This document shows positions 10,284-21,234 of a stretch of 64,000 nucleotides of DNA, in pieces; within the stretch, counting starts at the first letter, position 1, and the number at the start of each line of letters is the position of its first letter. The stretch comes from Promethearchaeota archaeon. GTDB taxonomy: Archaea > Asgardarchaeota > Heimdallarchaeia > Hodarchaeales > Hodarchaeaceae. The translations under genes were made by a program, and so were the position numbers. The notes under the pieces were generated by a model, which was not told where the DNA came from, searched no databases, and was given only the letters and a program-made list of their open reading frames with translations. The stretch is from the NCBI GenBank assembly GCA_048938105.1, contig JBHLMN010000024.1:22413-86412 (forward strand), given 5' to 3'.

Positions 10284-12764
10284 TTAACTATCCTGGAAAA
10301 AGAATAAAGAACAAAAAACGCATAAACGATATGGTTTTTTCCCTCGTTTTACAACAGCTAGTGTTTGCTGTCCACATTTTTCACAAGGATTACTAAGAAT
10401 AATTGATGTTCCTTTACGAAGATTTGGAGCCTTCCAAGTTCGATTACAGCTCTTACAGCTTACATGTGTAATTTGTTGGTTAAATTTTATGAGAACAACC
10501 CCTCCACAGTCTGGACAATTACCAAGATTTTGCTCGGGAGAGATGACCTCCCAAGACCCCGAAAAAGGGCAATCAGTTCTATTACAATCAGTACAAAACC
10601 ATGGCCGATCGTTCTTAGCTTCTCTTGTCCAACAGATAGGACACAAAACCCAACTGTAAGATTTAGAGGAGATCAATAATGGACTTCCATTACAGATACG
10701 ACACTTCTCATACTCTATTATAGATAAATCACCTTTTTTGGGGAGAGGAAAGCTTATCTCGCAAAGAGGATTAGAGCATTTTAAAAACCGTGAATCTCCT
10801 TTTCCTTGGTGAAGAACAAGATTTCCTTGACATTCTGGACAGACACCAAAAACCTTACCAATTCCAGTCATTGATTTAATACTTTGAGCTAGAGTTGAGA
10901 AAATTTCCTCTTGATTGACTTTCATTTCCTGTAAACCACGAGTTGTCAATTCAATCACGAGTTTATCAACATCTTCGGGAGTCTTTTCGTGGTCTCGAAT
11001 TTGCTGAGTCCAGGATTCAACTTTCCCTCGGATTTCTGGAATAATGAGATCTTCAGCATTTTGTGTTAAAACCTGATATAGGGCCACTCCTAGAGAGGTT
11101 GGAACTAAAATCCTTCGTGGCCCTTGATTTTTTGTATACATCCGTTTTTGAACAGTGTCAATATGCGTAGATCGCGTGGCATCAGTCCCAAGGTTTAATT
11201 TTGCCATTTCACGGATTAACTGGGATTCACTCCATAATGAAGGCGGTGTTGTGAATCCTTGATGTTTAAAGGCTTCGATTGTTTGTTTACTCCCTTTCTC
11301 TAACCGAGGTAATTTCTTTCCTTTAATTTTCTTAAATTTATAGAATTTTAAATATCCAAGGTTAATAATTCTTCGTCCTTTTGCAATAAATTCTTCTGAT
11401 GCGGCAGTTAATATGATATATTGATTTACAACCGTAGCTTCAGAGTGGATAGTCGCCAAAAATCTCCATACAATATAAGAATAGATATTCCAAGCATGGT
11501 TAATTATTGCAGGAGTTTTTTTCAAGATTTTTTCAATTTCAGATTGGTTAACCGCTTTTACTGGTTTTATTGGCTCATGATCTTTTGTAAATTTCCCCTT
11601 ACTGGGATTTAGGACACCTCCCTGGGCAATACACTCTTTTGCCGTAGACCCAAAGATATCATGAGATGTAAACTTTTGAGTTAATTTCGTCAAGTCTTTT
11701 TCAAGATAGAAGGAACTCTCTGTTCGAGGGTATGTTATAAGGCCATTGTTGTATAATCTTTCAGCGATATCAGCAACTTGTTTTGGACTAATTCTAAAGA
11801 ATTGAGCACATTCTGATTCAAGAGTATCTGTATCCAAAGGTAACGGGCGTTTGATAATCCCTAGCTCTTCATTAAACTCCGTGATGGTTCCTTCATTATC
11901 TTTTTCTAGAACTGAAATCAAAGAATCAACGGTTTTTTCATCAGTTTCAGGATTACCTTTCCAGTTAAGAAATAAGGGACCTTCTGATGTAGATATTTTG
12001 ATTGAAATTCTCCAAAATTTCTCGGGAGAAAAAGCCCTATTTTCTAAAAATCTGTTTGTTATTAACCACAGTACACTAGTCTGACATGGCCCATATGAAA
12101 TTATCCTGTTTTGAATACCACGGTTTTGAATTCCAACAGTGAGAAACCGAGTTATTGAGGAACCCATCCTCAAATCCTGTTTCCTGAGAGAATCTACTTG
12201 CTTAATCCAATCCCAGTTTAAATCTGTCTGCGATTCAAACGCTTTCTTAAGGCTGCTAGGATTCGTACTGATAAAATGCATTCGACCATGGCGAATTTTG
12301 TTATTGACGCGAGTAGCAATTTCAAGGATTTGACGTCCAATGGACTCACCATGACCGTCCCAATCAGTAGCAATAACAATAATGTTAGATTCTTTTCCTA
12401 TTTCCTCAATGTGGGATAACATATTCACCTGAATAGGAACCTCTATAGGGTCGAGCTCGATCAAATCTAAAGGATCTGAATTATGCCAATTCGTATCCTT
12501 ATCAAAAGGCGGAAGATAATCGTAATTAAGGATATGACCAGTGACACTCGTGATAATGAGGCTATCTTCTTTTCGAAGACGGTAATCATCTTTTTCTATC
12601 GCAAAATTAATGTTTTGGTTATCGATGGTGCTTTCATAGATGTAATTGTATCTTGTTTTGCCTTTTCGACTTTTGAACTTGAGTTTATAGACAATAGAAA
12701 AAGCTCTAACCAAAGCTCGCGCAATAGAAGGTTTTTCAGCTAAAATTGAAATGGTTGCGCCCAC
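10284..12764 (-). CDS. Type IA DNA topoisomerase (Top3-type) with C-terminal Zn ribbons
   Basis: AEKPS, TSVTGH, TDWDxxGE (TOPRIM), SYGPCQT, ITYPRTES active Tyr, GTDATR, multiple CxxC. Confidence 0.95.
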   Translation of the reverse strand: MGATISILAEKPSIARALVRAFSIVYKLKFKSRKGKTRYNYIYESTIDNQNINFAIEKDDYRLRKEDSLIITSVTGHILNYDYLPPFDKDTNWHNSDPLDLIELDPIEVPIQVNMLSHIEEIGKESNIIVIATDWDGHGESIGRQILEIATRVNNKIRHGRMHFISTNPSSLKKAFESQTDLNWDWIKQVDSLRKQDLRMGSSITRFLTVGIQNRGIQNRIISYGPCQTSVLWLITNRFLENRAFSPEKFWRISIKISTSEGPLFLNWKGNPETDEKTVDSLISVLEKDNEGTITEFNEELGIIKRPLPLDTDTLESECAQFFRISPKQVADIAERLYNNGLITYPRTESSFYLEKDLTKLTQKFTSHDIFGSTAKECIAQGGVLNPSKGKFTKDHEPIKPVKAVNQSEIEKILKKTPAIINHAWNIYSYIVWRFLATIHSEATVVNQYIILTAASEEFIAKGRRIINLGYLKFYKFKKIKGKKLPRLEKGSKQTIEAFKHQGFTTPPSLWSESQLIREMAKLNLGTDATRSTHIDTVQKRMYTKNQGPRRILVPTSLGVALYQVLTQNAEDLIIPEIRGKVESWTQQIRDHEKTPEDVDKLVIELTTRGLQEMKVNQEEIFSTLAQSIKSMTGIGKVFGVCPECQGNLVLHQGKGDSRFLKCSNPLCEISFPLPKKGDLSIIEYEKCRICNGSPLLISSKSYSWVLCPICWTREAKNDRPWFCTDCNRTDCPFSGSWEVISPEQNLGNCPDCGGVVLIKFNQQITHVSCKSCNRTWKAPNLRKGTSIILSNPCEKCGQQTLAVVKRGKKPYRLCVFCSLFFFQDS

Positions 12765-12861
12765 AATTAAAACCCAAATAGTTTTTTACAATCTAAAATT
12801 CTTCAAATTGATAATCAGTTTTAAAGATAAAGAAAATTACATTCCCCTCTAGGTTGATCTT

Positions 12862-13383
12862 ATGAGCCATCTTTCTCCGTTTCGCTTATATATTACCGGA
12901 GGAACAGGAACAGGAAAGACAAGTGTGGCCAAAAAGCTTACTACAATTATGTCTCTTGAATATTCGGAATTAAACACTATAGTTCTTGAGAAAGGATTCT
13001 ATCTAGGGTATGATATTAATCGAGATTCACTAATAATTGATGAAGATCTTATAGCTGCCTATTTAGAGAAAATAATAACCAATAAACAACGAATTTGCTT
13101 AGTAGGGGGGATTATTCCTTTGAAAAACATTTTTGACCTTATAATTGTCTTGCGTTGTCGTGCTGACATCCTTAGACAGCGATTATTATCTCGGAATTAC
13201 CCAGAAGAAAAAATTGAAGCAAATATTGAAGCTGAAATAATGAATATTGTCTATTACGAGGCCATTGAATTCTTCTCTGACCAAAATGTCATTGAGGTTT
13301 ATAATGATGAAAATTCAATTGATAAAACATGTGATCAAATCATCTTAAAAGTACGTCAGCATCATCCGAGCGTTTTGGAATGA
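12862..13383 (+). CDS. Adenylate kinase, AK6/Fap7-like
   Basis: ITGGTGTGKT P-loop; LRQRLLSRNYPEEKIEANIEAE lid motif. Confidence 0.88.
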   Translation: MSHLSPFRLYITGGTGTGKTSVAKKLTTIMSLEYSELNTIVLEKGFYLGYDINRDSLIIDEDLIAAYLEKIITNKQRICLVGGIIPLKNIFDLIIVLRCRADILRQRLLSRNYPEEKIEANIEAEIMNIVYYEAIEFFSDQNVIEVYNDENSIDKTCDQIILKVRQHHPSVLE

Positions 13384-14049
13384 CTGTTTAACTGAATTAA
13401 GAGGGGTTCCAGAGGTCGAAATAACAGGAGGCATATGTCCAGGAAGAAGTACCTGAATTTCTAATTCCGATAAGCGTTTTAGAGATTCCACTAAATCTTT
13501 GCTATTCCCAGAACGTAAATCAGTTCGGCCGAAGGAGCCCTGAGGGAAAGCAGTATCCCCGCTGATTAAGATTTGATTTTTCTTATCCCATAAAGAAATC
13601 GATCCATGGGTGTGACCAGGGGTGTGCAATACTTCAAAAGAGAAATTTCCTATATTTATGACATCTCCTTCAAAGACCTCTTGTGAAATATCAATGGGAG
13701 AACATTCTGAAGCCATAAATGGTACGATATAGGAACTATCTCCAGATTTCAAGTGTTGAGCTTCAATTTCTGAGGTTATTACATCTAATTCAAGTTTTGA
13801 TTGGAGAACCATAATACCTCCAACATGATCAATATGACCATGAGTCAATAAAACTCGAGTAATGTTCCTACGGGTAATAGCTTCTTCTAAAATTTTAATA
13901 CTTCCCTTATGGGCCCCAAAACTAAAGTTCATCCTATCTCCTAGGCCGGAATCAATCATCAAGGATTCTCCCTTAGATTCAACAATGAAAACATTACAAT
14001 CTAAGCCTTGACCAAGCATCCAAGTTATTCCAGGTGCAATTTGTTTCAT
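13345..14049 (-). CDS. MBL-fold metallo-hydrolase
   Basis: THGHIDHVGG, HTPGHTHGS, SGDT, PGH. Confidence 0.93.
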   Translation of the reverse strand: MKQIAPGITWMLGQGLDCNVFIVESKGESLMIDSGLGDRMNFSFGAHKGSIKILEEAITRRNITRVLLTHGHIDHVGGIMVLQSKLELDVITSEIEAQHLKSGDSSYIVPFMASECSPIDISQEVFEGDVINIGNFSFEVLHTPGHTHGSISLWDKKNQILISGDTAFPQGSFGRTDLRSGNSKDLVESLKRLSELEIQVLLPGHMPPVISTSGTPLNSVKQSFQNARMMLTYF

Positions 14050-14194
14050 AAAGACATCCCCAGGATTATTCTGAAAAAAATTGTAACGCAGTAAGTCCTT
14101 AAGCTCCTTGAAAGGAAATGATAAAAAAAGTGAAAGACTGGACTCTGTGGTTCTAACGCCGCCATTAAGACCCAGTCAAGAAGGATAATAAATT

Positions 14195-14437
14195 TTATTC
14201 GTTGGCCCCTTCAACCACGATCATGGTCAAAGTTGAACGGACATTATCTAGTCCGCGTATGTTAGTTGTTATGATCTCTTTTAGCTCGTCCATAGTATCG
14301 GCTTCAACCTTAGCCACAATGTCATAAACACCGTACACAATCCATGCACCAACCACACCTTTCGTGGACTTCAAGTCCTCAAGGACTTCGTCTTCTGATC
14401 CGATCTCAGCATTAACTAAAACAAAAGCAGCGGGCAT
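14195..14437 (-). CDS. Stand-alone Lrp/AsnC ligand-binding (RAM) domain protein
   Basis: AFVLVN..G, VYGVYDIVAKV, V.STLTMIV. Confidence 0.9.
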   Translation of the reverse strand: MPAAFVLVNAEIGSEDEVLEDLKSTKGVVGAWIVYGVYDIVAKVEADTMDELKEIITTNIRGLDNVRSTLTMIVVEGANE

Positions 14438-14757
14438 TCTTTCACCTCAAAATTCTCTATGATTATAATTTATTCAATTTGTTACTATTAACCCCCACAG
14501 CTTATGTATTTAAAAAACCTCCTAAAAATTTGTCGAACAAGTGCATTGAATTTTAATCTTTATTAAATTCAATAAGAAGTTCTAATGATCTCTTCTCCTT
14601 AGATTCGTTTCTGGATATTTTTATACGGATAATCTGCAAATCACGAGAAAATGACCGTAGGAAGAATTTTTCATGTGAAAAAATCTATGTGATATTACCG
14701 TAATGTTATGAATTTTATAATTCATTGAAGACACTTAAAGTTCGAGGACTCTTTAGT

Positions 14758-15282
14758 ATGAATAATCCTTTTGACCAGATATCAGGCCAAATTATCATAA
14801 AAGGGCGGATTTATTCAGCCAAAGAAGTCATTCGAGGGTTGTTAGAACAAGGAATAGCAATAACTGAGAGTTCTGAAGGATTGAAAATAGGTTTCAAGCT
14901 TTTTCAGCCCCAATCAACATCTTCTCCTACCACTCTAGACGAGTATGAAGTCATTAATTGTCCGTTTATTCCCTATATGTCCCAAATTACGACCCGTCTT
15001 AACGATCTTTCGTCTCGTTTAAGTCTTCCACATGATGATGAAGGTTATTCTCCACCTAAAAGTTCAATAAACTCACCTATACCTGAAAATCCAAGCACGA
15101 CATCCTTTTCACCTTTTAATGTATCCTCCTTTCAATCAGATGAGGAAAAAGAGAAAGAGAAATTCTTTAATTCAAGTAGTAACTTCTTTGACAACCGTCG
15201 TAAATGCCCATCGTGCGGGGCTACCATCCCCCAAAACGCGTTTTTCTGCAATAAATGTGGAAATCATGTGAGATCAGGTTGA
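14758..15282 (+). CDS. Zinc-ribbon domain protein
   Basis: C-terminal CPSCG...FCNKCG after Ser/Pro-rich linker. Confidence 0.75.
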   Translation: MNNPFDQISGQIIIKGRIYSAKEVIRGLLEQGIAITESSEGLKIGFKLFQPQSTSSPTTLDEYEVINCPFIPYMSQITTRLNDLSSRLSLPHDDEGYSPPKSSINSPIPENPSTTSFSPFNVSSFQSDEEKEKEKFFNSSSNFFDNRRKCPSCGATIPQNAFFCNKCGNHVRSG

Positions 15283-15357
15283 ATCAGTTTTTACATTAGT
15301 CCTCCCATTTCGATGTACCTTGATTTCTAGAAGAATATTAAATAGATCAAAAAGGAA

Positions 15358-15861
15358 TTATCCCGTTAGTCGTGTTTTCCAATCATATATTTTCTCGATG
15401 AGTTGTTCCTTTTCTACAGAAGAGATCTCTCTCATATTCTTAATTTGGTTTGCGTACCTTCCCATTTCATGGAATGCTGGATGAAATCCAACTTCAGCCG
15501 ATTGCATCACTTGGTCTCGCAAACGGGATAATGATTTAGCTATTTCAGGCCCCTTGGTCATAGTTTGAACCTGACTTAGAAATGAATCTAATAATCTCCC
15601 CGCTTTAGCACTTCCTCCAGAGCTAGGGACTTGTACCGAGGGTGATGGACTTGGTGCTGGAGTGGGTGTTGGTTTAGCTTTTACAACTTTTTTTGGTGTT
15701 GGTTGAGGGGTTGGTACTCCTTCCATAGCGGCGAAAATTTTTTCAAATCTAATAGATATCTTTTCCAGCTTATTTGCAAGAACTTTAGCAGTTTTAGTGA
15801 CCAATTCTAGATCTTCTTTAAGCTGTTCAACTTCTTTTTCCTCTGTCATGTTCAAATCCAC
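15358..15861 (-). CDS. Hypothetical protein: coiled coil, Pro-rich linker, helical C-domain
   Basis: ORF composition only. Confidence 0.65.
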   Translation of the reverse strand: MDLNMTEEKEVEQLKEDLELVTKTAKVLANKLEKISIRFEKIFAAMEGVPTPQPTPKKVVKAKPTPTPAPSPSPSVQVPSSGGSAKAGRLLDSFLSQVQTMTKGPEIAKSLSRLRDQVMQSAEVGFHPAFHEMGRYANQIKNMREISSVEKEQLIEKIYDWKTRLTG

Positions 15862-16170
15862 TTTTTCTGTATTTTAAACAATATTTCCTTATTTCTCTTT
15901 TTATCTCTTCCGATTTTATGTTAACTCAATCAAAGAATTCTTTTCCTTCTACAATCAGTATTGTAACGAATCTGACAACTTTAAGCTTTTAAATGAAGCA
16001 TCATTAAATGTTAAGAATGTAAAATGCCTCTTTAACACTTCAAACACAAGTCTTAATTAGAACGCGAGATCCTTAATTCAATTCCAACAGATAAACACTA
16101 CTATTAATATTATGAGTAATAAAATATCTCCTTAGTAATAGCTATAGGTGAATTGATAGAAGAACCATTT

Positions 16171-17415
16171 CTAGTATGCATTTAAAGCTAGAATAGCTGG
16201 TAATGGCTTTCCCATTAAAAATTGTATCATTGCACCTCCAGCAGTACTCACATAGGAAAGTTTAATGTTATTTTTTTCAATGATTGAGACACTATGTCCT
16301 CCCCCGGCCAATGAGAAACCTTTAGACCCACTCATTGCCTTAAAAACTTCTAATGTTCCCTTTTCGAAACCTGGTTCTTCAAATTTTCCCATTGGACCGT
16401 TTAATACAGTGGTTGCAGATTCTAATATTATTGTTCTGTACTCATTGATTGTTTGATCACCAATATCCAGAATAGGTGAGTCTAAGGGTAGATCTTTCAT
16501 TGAATACAATTTTCGACCTCCTTCATCCACAGCAAAATCGCTTTGAACTCTAACTCGCTCACCAAATTGTTTAATTAAATTTTTAGCTGGTTCAATGAAT
16601 TGGAGAAGTTTTTTCTTTGCCAAAAAATCGTATGTCTGATCTCCTAGTGAATTTCCCAGCACTATTAGAAGGAGTTGTGAAATCACACCTCCTGTTAATA
16701 CAATATCAGCAACATCATTTTTTAGAACATATTCCGCAACTTTAAAAGAATCTTCAGGTTTTATACCCCCCAAAATAAAGGTACAAGGTTTTTCGGGGTT
16801 ATCAACAACTCGTTGAAGATTATTAACCTCTCTTTCCATGATTAATCCTGCCACAGAAGGTAAAATGGCAGTAAAACCAACAAGACTCATATGAGAACGA
16901 TGAGCTGCTGAAAATGCATCATTCACAAAAATTTCCCCTACTTTAGCTAAACTTTTTATGTAGGGGCTTTTGGAATGTTCTTCAGCAGTTTTGTTTGCTG
17001 TTTCACCCTCTACCATGCGCACATTTTCTAGAACTAAGATATCTCCTGCATTCATAGTATTTATGCGAGCTTCCACTTCAGGCCCATGAGTTTGGGGGAA
17101 AAAATCAACTTTATACTTATCCCCCACAATTTGCTGAAGGTTATTTGAATGGGCCTCTAAGCTACTGAAATCAGAGCTACCTGGTCGTCCTTGGTGAGCA
17201 ATAACAACAACCTTTCCCTTAAGATCAGCAATATACTTGATTGTTTCCGCGTGAGCTTTAATCCTAGTTGTATCAAGAATATTTCTTTCATCATCCAAAG
17301 GGCAATTTAGATCTACTCGAGTCAAGCATACTTTGCCTTCAACATTAATCTCTGAAAGTGCTCTCATGTTTTCTAAAGAGCTTATGATAATTTTTTCAAT
17401 ATTTCTCATTTTCAA
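16171..17415 (-). CDS. pgk: Phosphoglycerate kinase (true start may be MRALSE, ~17370)
   Basis: RVDLNCP, AHQGRPG, LENVR, FVNDAFSAAHRSH, NGPMG, GGGH, STAGGA. Confidence 0.97.
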   Translation of the reverse strand: MKMRNIEKIIISSLENMRALSEINVEGKVCLTRVDLNCPLDDERNILDTTRIKAHAETIKYIADLKGKVVVIAHQGRPGSSDFSSLEAHSNNLQQIVGDKYKVDFFPQTHGPEVEARINTMNAGDILVLENVRMVEGETANKTAEEHSKSPYIKSLAKVGEIFVNDAFSAAHRSHMSLVGFTAILPSVAGLIMEREVNNLQRVVDNPEKPCTFILGGIKPEDSFKVAEYVLKNDVADIVLTGGVISQLLLIVLGNSLGDQTYDFLAKKKLLQFIEPAKNLIKQFGERVRVQSDFAVDEGGRKLYSMKDLPLDSPILDIGDQTINEYRTIILESATTVLNGPMGKFEEPGFEKGTLEVFKAMSGSKGFSLAGGGHSVSIIEKNNIKLSYVSTAGGAMIQFLMGKPLPAILALNAY

Positions 17416-17644
17416 AATTTTTCCAAAATTTGGATCTTGAACTATTTCTTTTAGATTTTATCATAAGAAATGTTTCTAAAAAGCCTCTAAACTTTATTAT
17501 TAAGATGAAAGAGAACGAAGAGACGATGAAAAGAGTCTAATATCGTGAATATAAGTTAGAAGGATTTTTTAGCTCCTCTTAGAAAATGATTAAAAGTAGA
17601 ATAATTTTGGTGAATTTTACAAAATAGAAGAATAGGTGTAAAAA

Positions 17645-18586
17645 ATGGCTGGTGAAGGGTCCGGTTATGGAAAGACCATCTTATTTGGAGAACATTTTGT
17701 AGTTTATGGCGTACCTGCGCTTGCATCTGCAATAGGTGACAAAACCGCATGTATTGTAGAATCTAAAGGTGGAAAAGGGTATGAATTGAATGATGACAGG
17801 CCAGAGGTTCCTGGATATAAAGAGAAGAAGCTTGATGAGCAAAAGGTCTCTATTAAGAATGTATTGGCTTTTATGGGAGTCAACCTAGATAAAAAGGCCC
17901 TGAAGATTACATTCGGGGGAGATCTCGTCTGTGCTAGTGGTGTTGGAGCTTCTGCAGCGAGTTGTGTCTCTCTTGCAAGAGCTATCAATGATGAATTCAA
18001 CCTTGGATGGGAAAATGAGAAAATAAATGCTGCTGCTTATGAAGGTGAAAAAGGATATCATGGAACTCCTAGTGGAATTGATAACACTGCTTCAACATAC
18101 GGTGGTTTGGTCTATTTTATCCGAAATCTTGAGGGAGGCCCTAATACAATAGAGACAATTAAACTAGAAAAACCAATTGAATTAGTGATTGCAAGTTCAG
18201 GAATGACTGCTAACACAGCTGTTGTCGTAGGAGATGTTCGTAAAAAGAAGGAGGAGGATCCTAAGTGGTTTGAGGATATAATTAAAGAATATCAAGAAGT
18301 GATAAAGGAGGGTCGTGAAGCTTTAGAAAATATGGAATTAGAGCGAGTCGGTCGGCTTATGGATAAAAATCATGAGCTGCTTCAGAAAGTAACCGTATCA
18401 AATGACGTCTTGGACAAAATGGTTAAGCTTGCAAAAGATAACGGGGCTCTAGGAGCTAAACTTACTGGAACTGGACGAGGAGGAAATATAATCGCGTTAA
18501 CTCCTAGTTCTGAACTTCAAGATAAAGTATACAATGCATTAAAAGAAGCGGGATATCCCGCGTGGAAAACATTAATCGGAGTATAA
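17645..18586 (+). CDS. mvk: Mevalonate kinase
   Basis: GKTILFGEHFVVYG, SGVGASAA, HGTPSGID, GAKLTGTGRGG. Confidence 0.93.
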   Translation: MAGEGSGYGKTILFGEHFVVYGVPALASAIGDKTACIVESKGGKGYELNDDRPEVPGYKEKKLDEQKVSIKNVLAFMGVNLDKKALKITFGGDLVCASGVGASAASCVSLARAINDEFNLGWENEKINAAAYEGEKGYHGTPSGIDNTASTYGGLVYFIRNLEGGPNTIETIKLEKPIELVIASSGMTANTAVVVGDVRKKKEEDPKWFEDIIKEYQEVIKEGREALENMELERVGRLMDKNHELLQKVTVSNDVLDKMVKLAKDNGALGAKLTGTGRGGNIIALTPSSELQDKVYNALKEAGYPAWKTLIGV

Positions 18587-18615
18587 TCTATAGTTCATAA
18601 GGTGGAAAAAAAGAA

Positions 18616-19923
18616 ATGTATTTTCGGGAATATATAAACAAACTTGAAAAAAACGGAAAAATTACAAGAATCAAGAAAGAAGTTAATATAGATATAGAAG
18701 CTGCTGCTGTCTTAAAAGCAGCAGAACCTACTCCACTTCTGTTTGAGAATGTGAAGGGATATTCGGATTTTCAGGTTGCAGGTAATGTTTTTTGTACGAA
18801 AGAAAGCATTGCTGATTATTTTGAGATTTCTACGGCACAATTGATTCCTCGACTCACAGCAGCTATTGATAATCGAAGTCCACCAGAGGAAATAAGTAGT
18901 GCTCCTTGTCAAGAAGTTATTATGGATGGTGTTGACCTCGATAAAATTCCAATTCTAAAACATAATGAACGAGACGGTGGTCGATACATCTCTTCAGCTG
19001 TTGTCGTGACCAAAGATCCAGAATTTGGTCAAAACTTAGATTTTCACCGGGCAATGCAATTCGAGAAAAACAGAATGAGTACTCGGATCATAAAGGGTCG
19101 GGATTTCTACAAGTTTTTAGAGAAATCAGGTGAAGTAGAAGCAGCTTATTGTGTTGGAAACACCCCTAATATCCTTGTTGCTGCTGCCACTTCCGTGAAG
19201 ACAGGAATTAATGAGCTAGAAATTGCAAATGCCCTTGCAAAAACTGAAGTGATAAAAGCTAGCTCAGTTGATCTTTTAATCCCTGCAGGATGTGAAGTAG
19301 TTTTAGAAGGAAAAGTTTTCATGGCTGATCGTGCATCAGAAGGGCCATTCATCGACTTAACCGAAACATACGACATAGAGCGCGATGAACCAGTCTTTGA
19401 GGTTAAAAAAATCACTCATAGAAAGAACCCTATATGGCAAGCACTTGTGCCTGGCGCTTTAGAACACAAAGTCCTTATGGGTATGCCACGAGAACCCACT
19501 ATCTTTAAATCTGTGAATGAGGCAGGTGTAAAGTGTCTTGATGTCAATGTAAACCCTGGTGGTTCCTCTTGGCTACATGCCATTGTTAAAATCGATAAAC
19601 AAAATGAAGACGATGGAGAAAAGGCTATACGCGCTGCTTTTGCTGGACATAGAAGCTGTAAGCATGTCTTTGTCGTGGATAAAGATATTGATATATATAA
19701 CCCCTTAGAGGTAGAATGGTCAATGGCTACACGCTTTCAGGCTGAAAGAGACTTAGTTGACATTGGAAAGGAGCCAGGGTCAAGCCTAGACCCAAGCGCA
19801 GAACCAGGAACAAAAATCACAAACAAAGTAGGATTCGATTTTACTGCACCACTAGTGACAAAAGGGAAAAGCTTTGCCCGTGCAGAGTTTCCTGAAGTCG
19901 ATTTAAAGGAGTATTTAGAATAA
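18616..19923 (+). CDS. UbiD-family decarboxylase, probable trans-anhydromevalonate 5-phosphate decarboxylase
   Basis: UbiD motifs (EGPF, VVDKDIDI, SSLDPS); clustered with mvk, AcnX L/S, ubiX, fni. Confidence 0.88.
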   Translation: MYFREYINKLEKNGKITRIKKEVNIDIEAAAVLKAAEPTPLLFENVKGYSDFQVAGNVFCTKESIADYFEISTAQLIPRLTAAIDNRSPPEEISSAPCQEVIMDGVDLDKIPILKHNERDGGRYISSAVVVTKDPEFGQNLDFHRAMQFEKNRMSTRIIKGRDFYKFLEKSGEVEAAYCVGNTPNILVAAATSVKTGINELEIANALAKTEVIKASSVDLLIPAGCEVVLEGKVFMADRASEGPFIDLTETYDIERDEPVFEVKKITHRKNPIWQALVPGALEHKVLMGMPREPTIFKSVNEAGVKCLDVNVNPGGSSWLHAIVKIDKQNEDDGEKAIRAAFAGHRSCKHVFVVDKDIDIYNPLEVEWSMATRFQAERDLVDIGKEPGSSLDPSAEPGTKITNKVGFDFTAPLVTKGKSFARAEFPEVDLKEYLE

Positions 19924-20303
19924 TAAGGAGGTTAAAACAGCAGTAATATTAATCTAATTCCTCCAGCTGGGTGTAATTAAAAATTATATCATGGTTTCTC
20001 TGTAGTTTTTATCAACAGCCCCTAGTTGCACAAATTATTCTCCATTCGCTTTTGGGTATAGCTGCAATGATTATTCTGCTTTTCCAGAGGTCAGGCTTGT
20101 CAAACAAATCTAAGACGACAGGATGAAAAATTCAAACTCACTCCCTCAAAATGTGGATATATTTTGGGTTTAGAAAAATAAGTTTTTGATTTATTGAAAA
20201 TCTAGTGACTTTTATCCGAAAGATTCTTAACTTCGTGAGACACGAGAAACTTAAATTCAGCCTCACACTTCTTAAGACAATAGATTCATGGTATTGAGCC
20301 ATA

Positions 20304-21164
20304 TTGCAAATCCAACATATGATTTCAAAACCCGCAATTGGGAAATCGCTTAATCAAGATTGTATCGGTGCAAGTGAGACTGGAATCTGGCTTCTTGATG
20401 GCATTTCGGAAGTTAGAAATCTATCAATAAAAAATGATGAAAATGCTGTTTTTTGGTTTGTAAATAGAATCAATGCGTATCTATCGCAATATCTTGATTA
20501 TCACGACCTCACAATAACTGAAATTCTAATAGCTGCTATTAAGGAAATTAAAGAGGAGATCACATCTCTTATTACTGTTGATATTAATTCTTTACAATAC
20601 AATGAACACCCCTCTGCTTCTATTATAATTGCTCGAAATATCCAAGATGAAAAACTTGAGATTTTTTCTTTAGGAGATTGTCTGGCATATCTTCGGACAT
20701 CAAACCAAGAGATATTAATTCAAAACCATGAATTAAAAAGAATTGAAGAGCAATTTCGAGACAAAATTCTCCAAAAAAAGAAAACTTATCCCCAAATGAG
20801 TCACAAAGATTTTTTAGCCAAAATAAAGATAATTGAGAGGTTGAAATACCTTCGAGATGACCTTTATCAAAACGACAAGTATAATGTCCTAAATTTAGAC
20901 TCTGTTATGATTAGTAAAGGACAATTATCAGTTTATCAATCCATTAATACAATCCTATTATTGAGTGACGGATTTTCACGTGTAATTGATACTTATCATC
21001 TGTTCAAAGATTATAATGACTTACTTGTGAACCTAAAGGAGCAGGGAGTAGAACAAATATATGAAACTATGCGTGAGATTGAACAGCGTGACCAGAATGT
21101 CCAACAATTTCCCCGTTTAAGAGTATCAGATGATGCTTCTTTGATCCTAGCCTTTCTTGAATAA
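20304..21164 (+). CDS. PP2C-like (PPM) phosphatase domain protein
   Basis: NQD, LLDG, SLGDC, LLSDGF, SDDAS metal-binding motifs. Confidence 0.8.
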   Translation: MQIQHMISKPAIGKSLNQDCIGASETGIWLLDGISEVRNLSIKNDENAVFWFVNRINAYLSQYLDYHDLTITEILIAAIKEIKEEITSLITVDINSLQYNEHPSASIIIARNIQDEKLEIFSLGDCLAYLRTSNQEILIQNHELKRIEEQFRDKILQKKKTYPQMSHKDFLAKIKIIERLKYLRDDLYQNDKYNVLNLDSVMISKGQLSVYQSINTILLLSDGFSRVIDTYHLFKDYNDLLVNLKEQGVEQIYETMREIEQRDQNVQQFPRLRVSDDASLILAFLE

Positions 21165-21234
21165 CCCCCTAAGTAATTCTGTTCTCTAAAATTTTGAAAT
21201 TATAAAGGACTCCCTCAATCGAATATAGAGATTC

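Noticed and set aside
19960-20140. Short minus-strand frame (IFHPVVLDLFDKPDLWKSRII...) at the island's left edge
   Set aside because: About 40 codons with no start and no recognisable family; it may be a gene remnant but cannot be supported.
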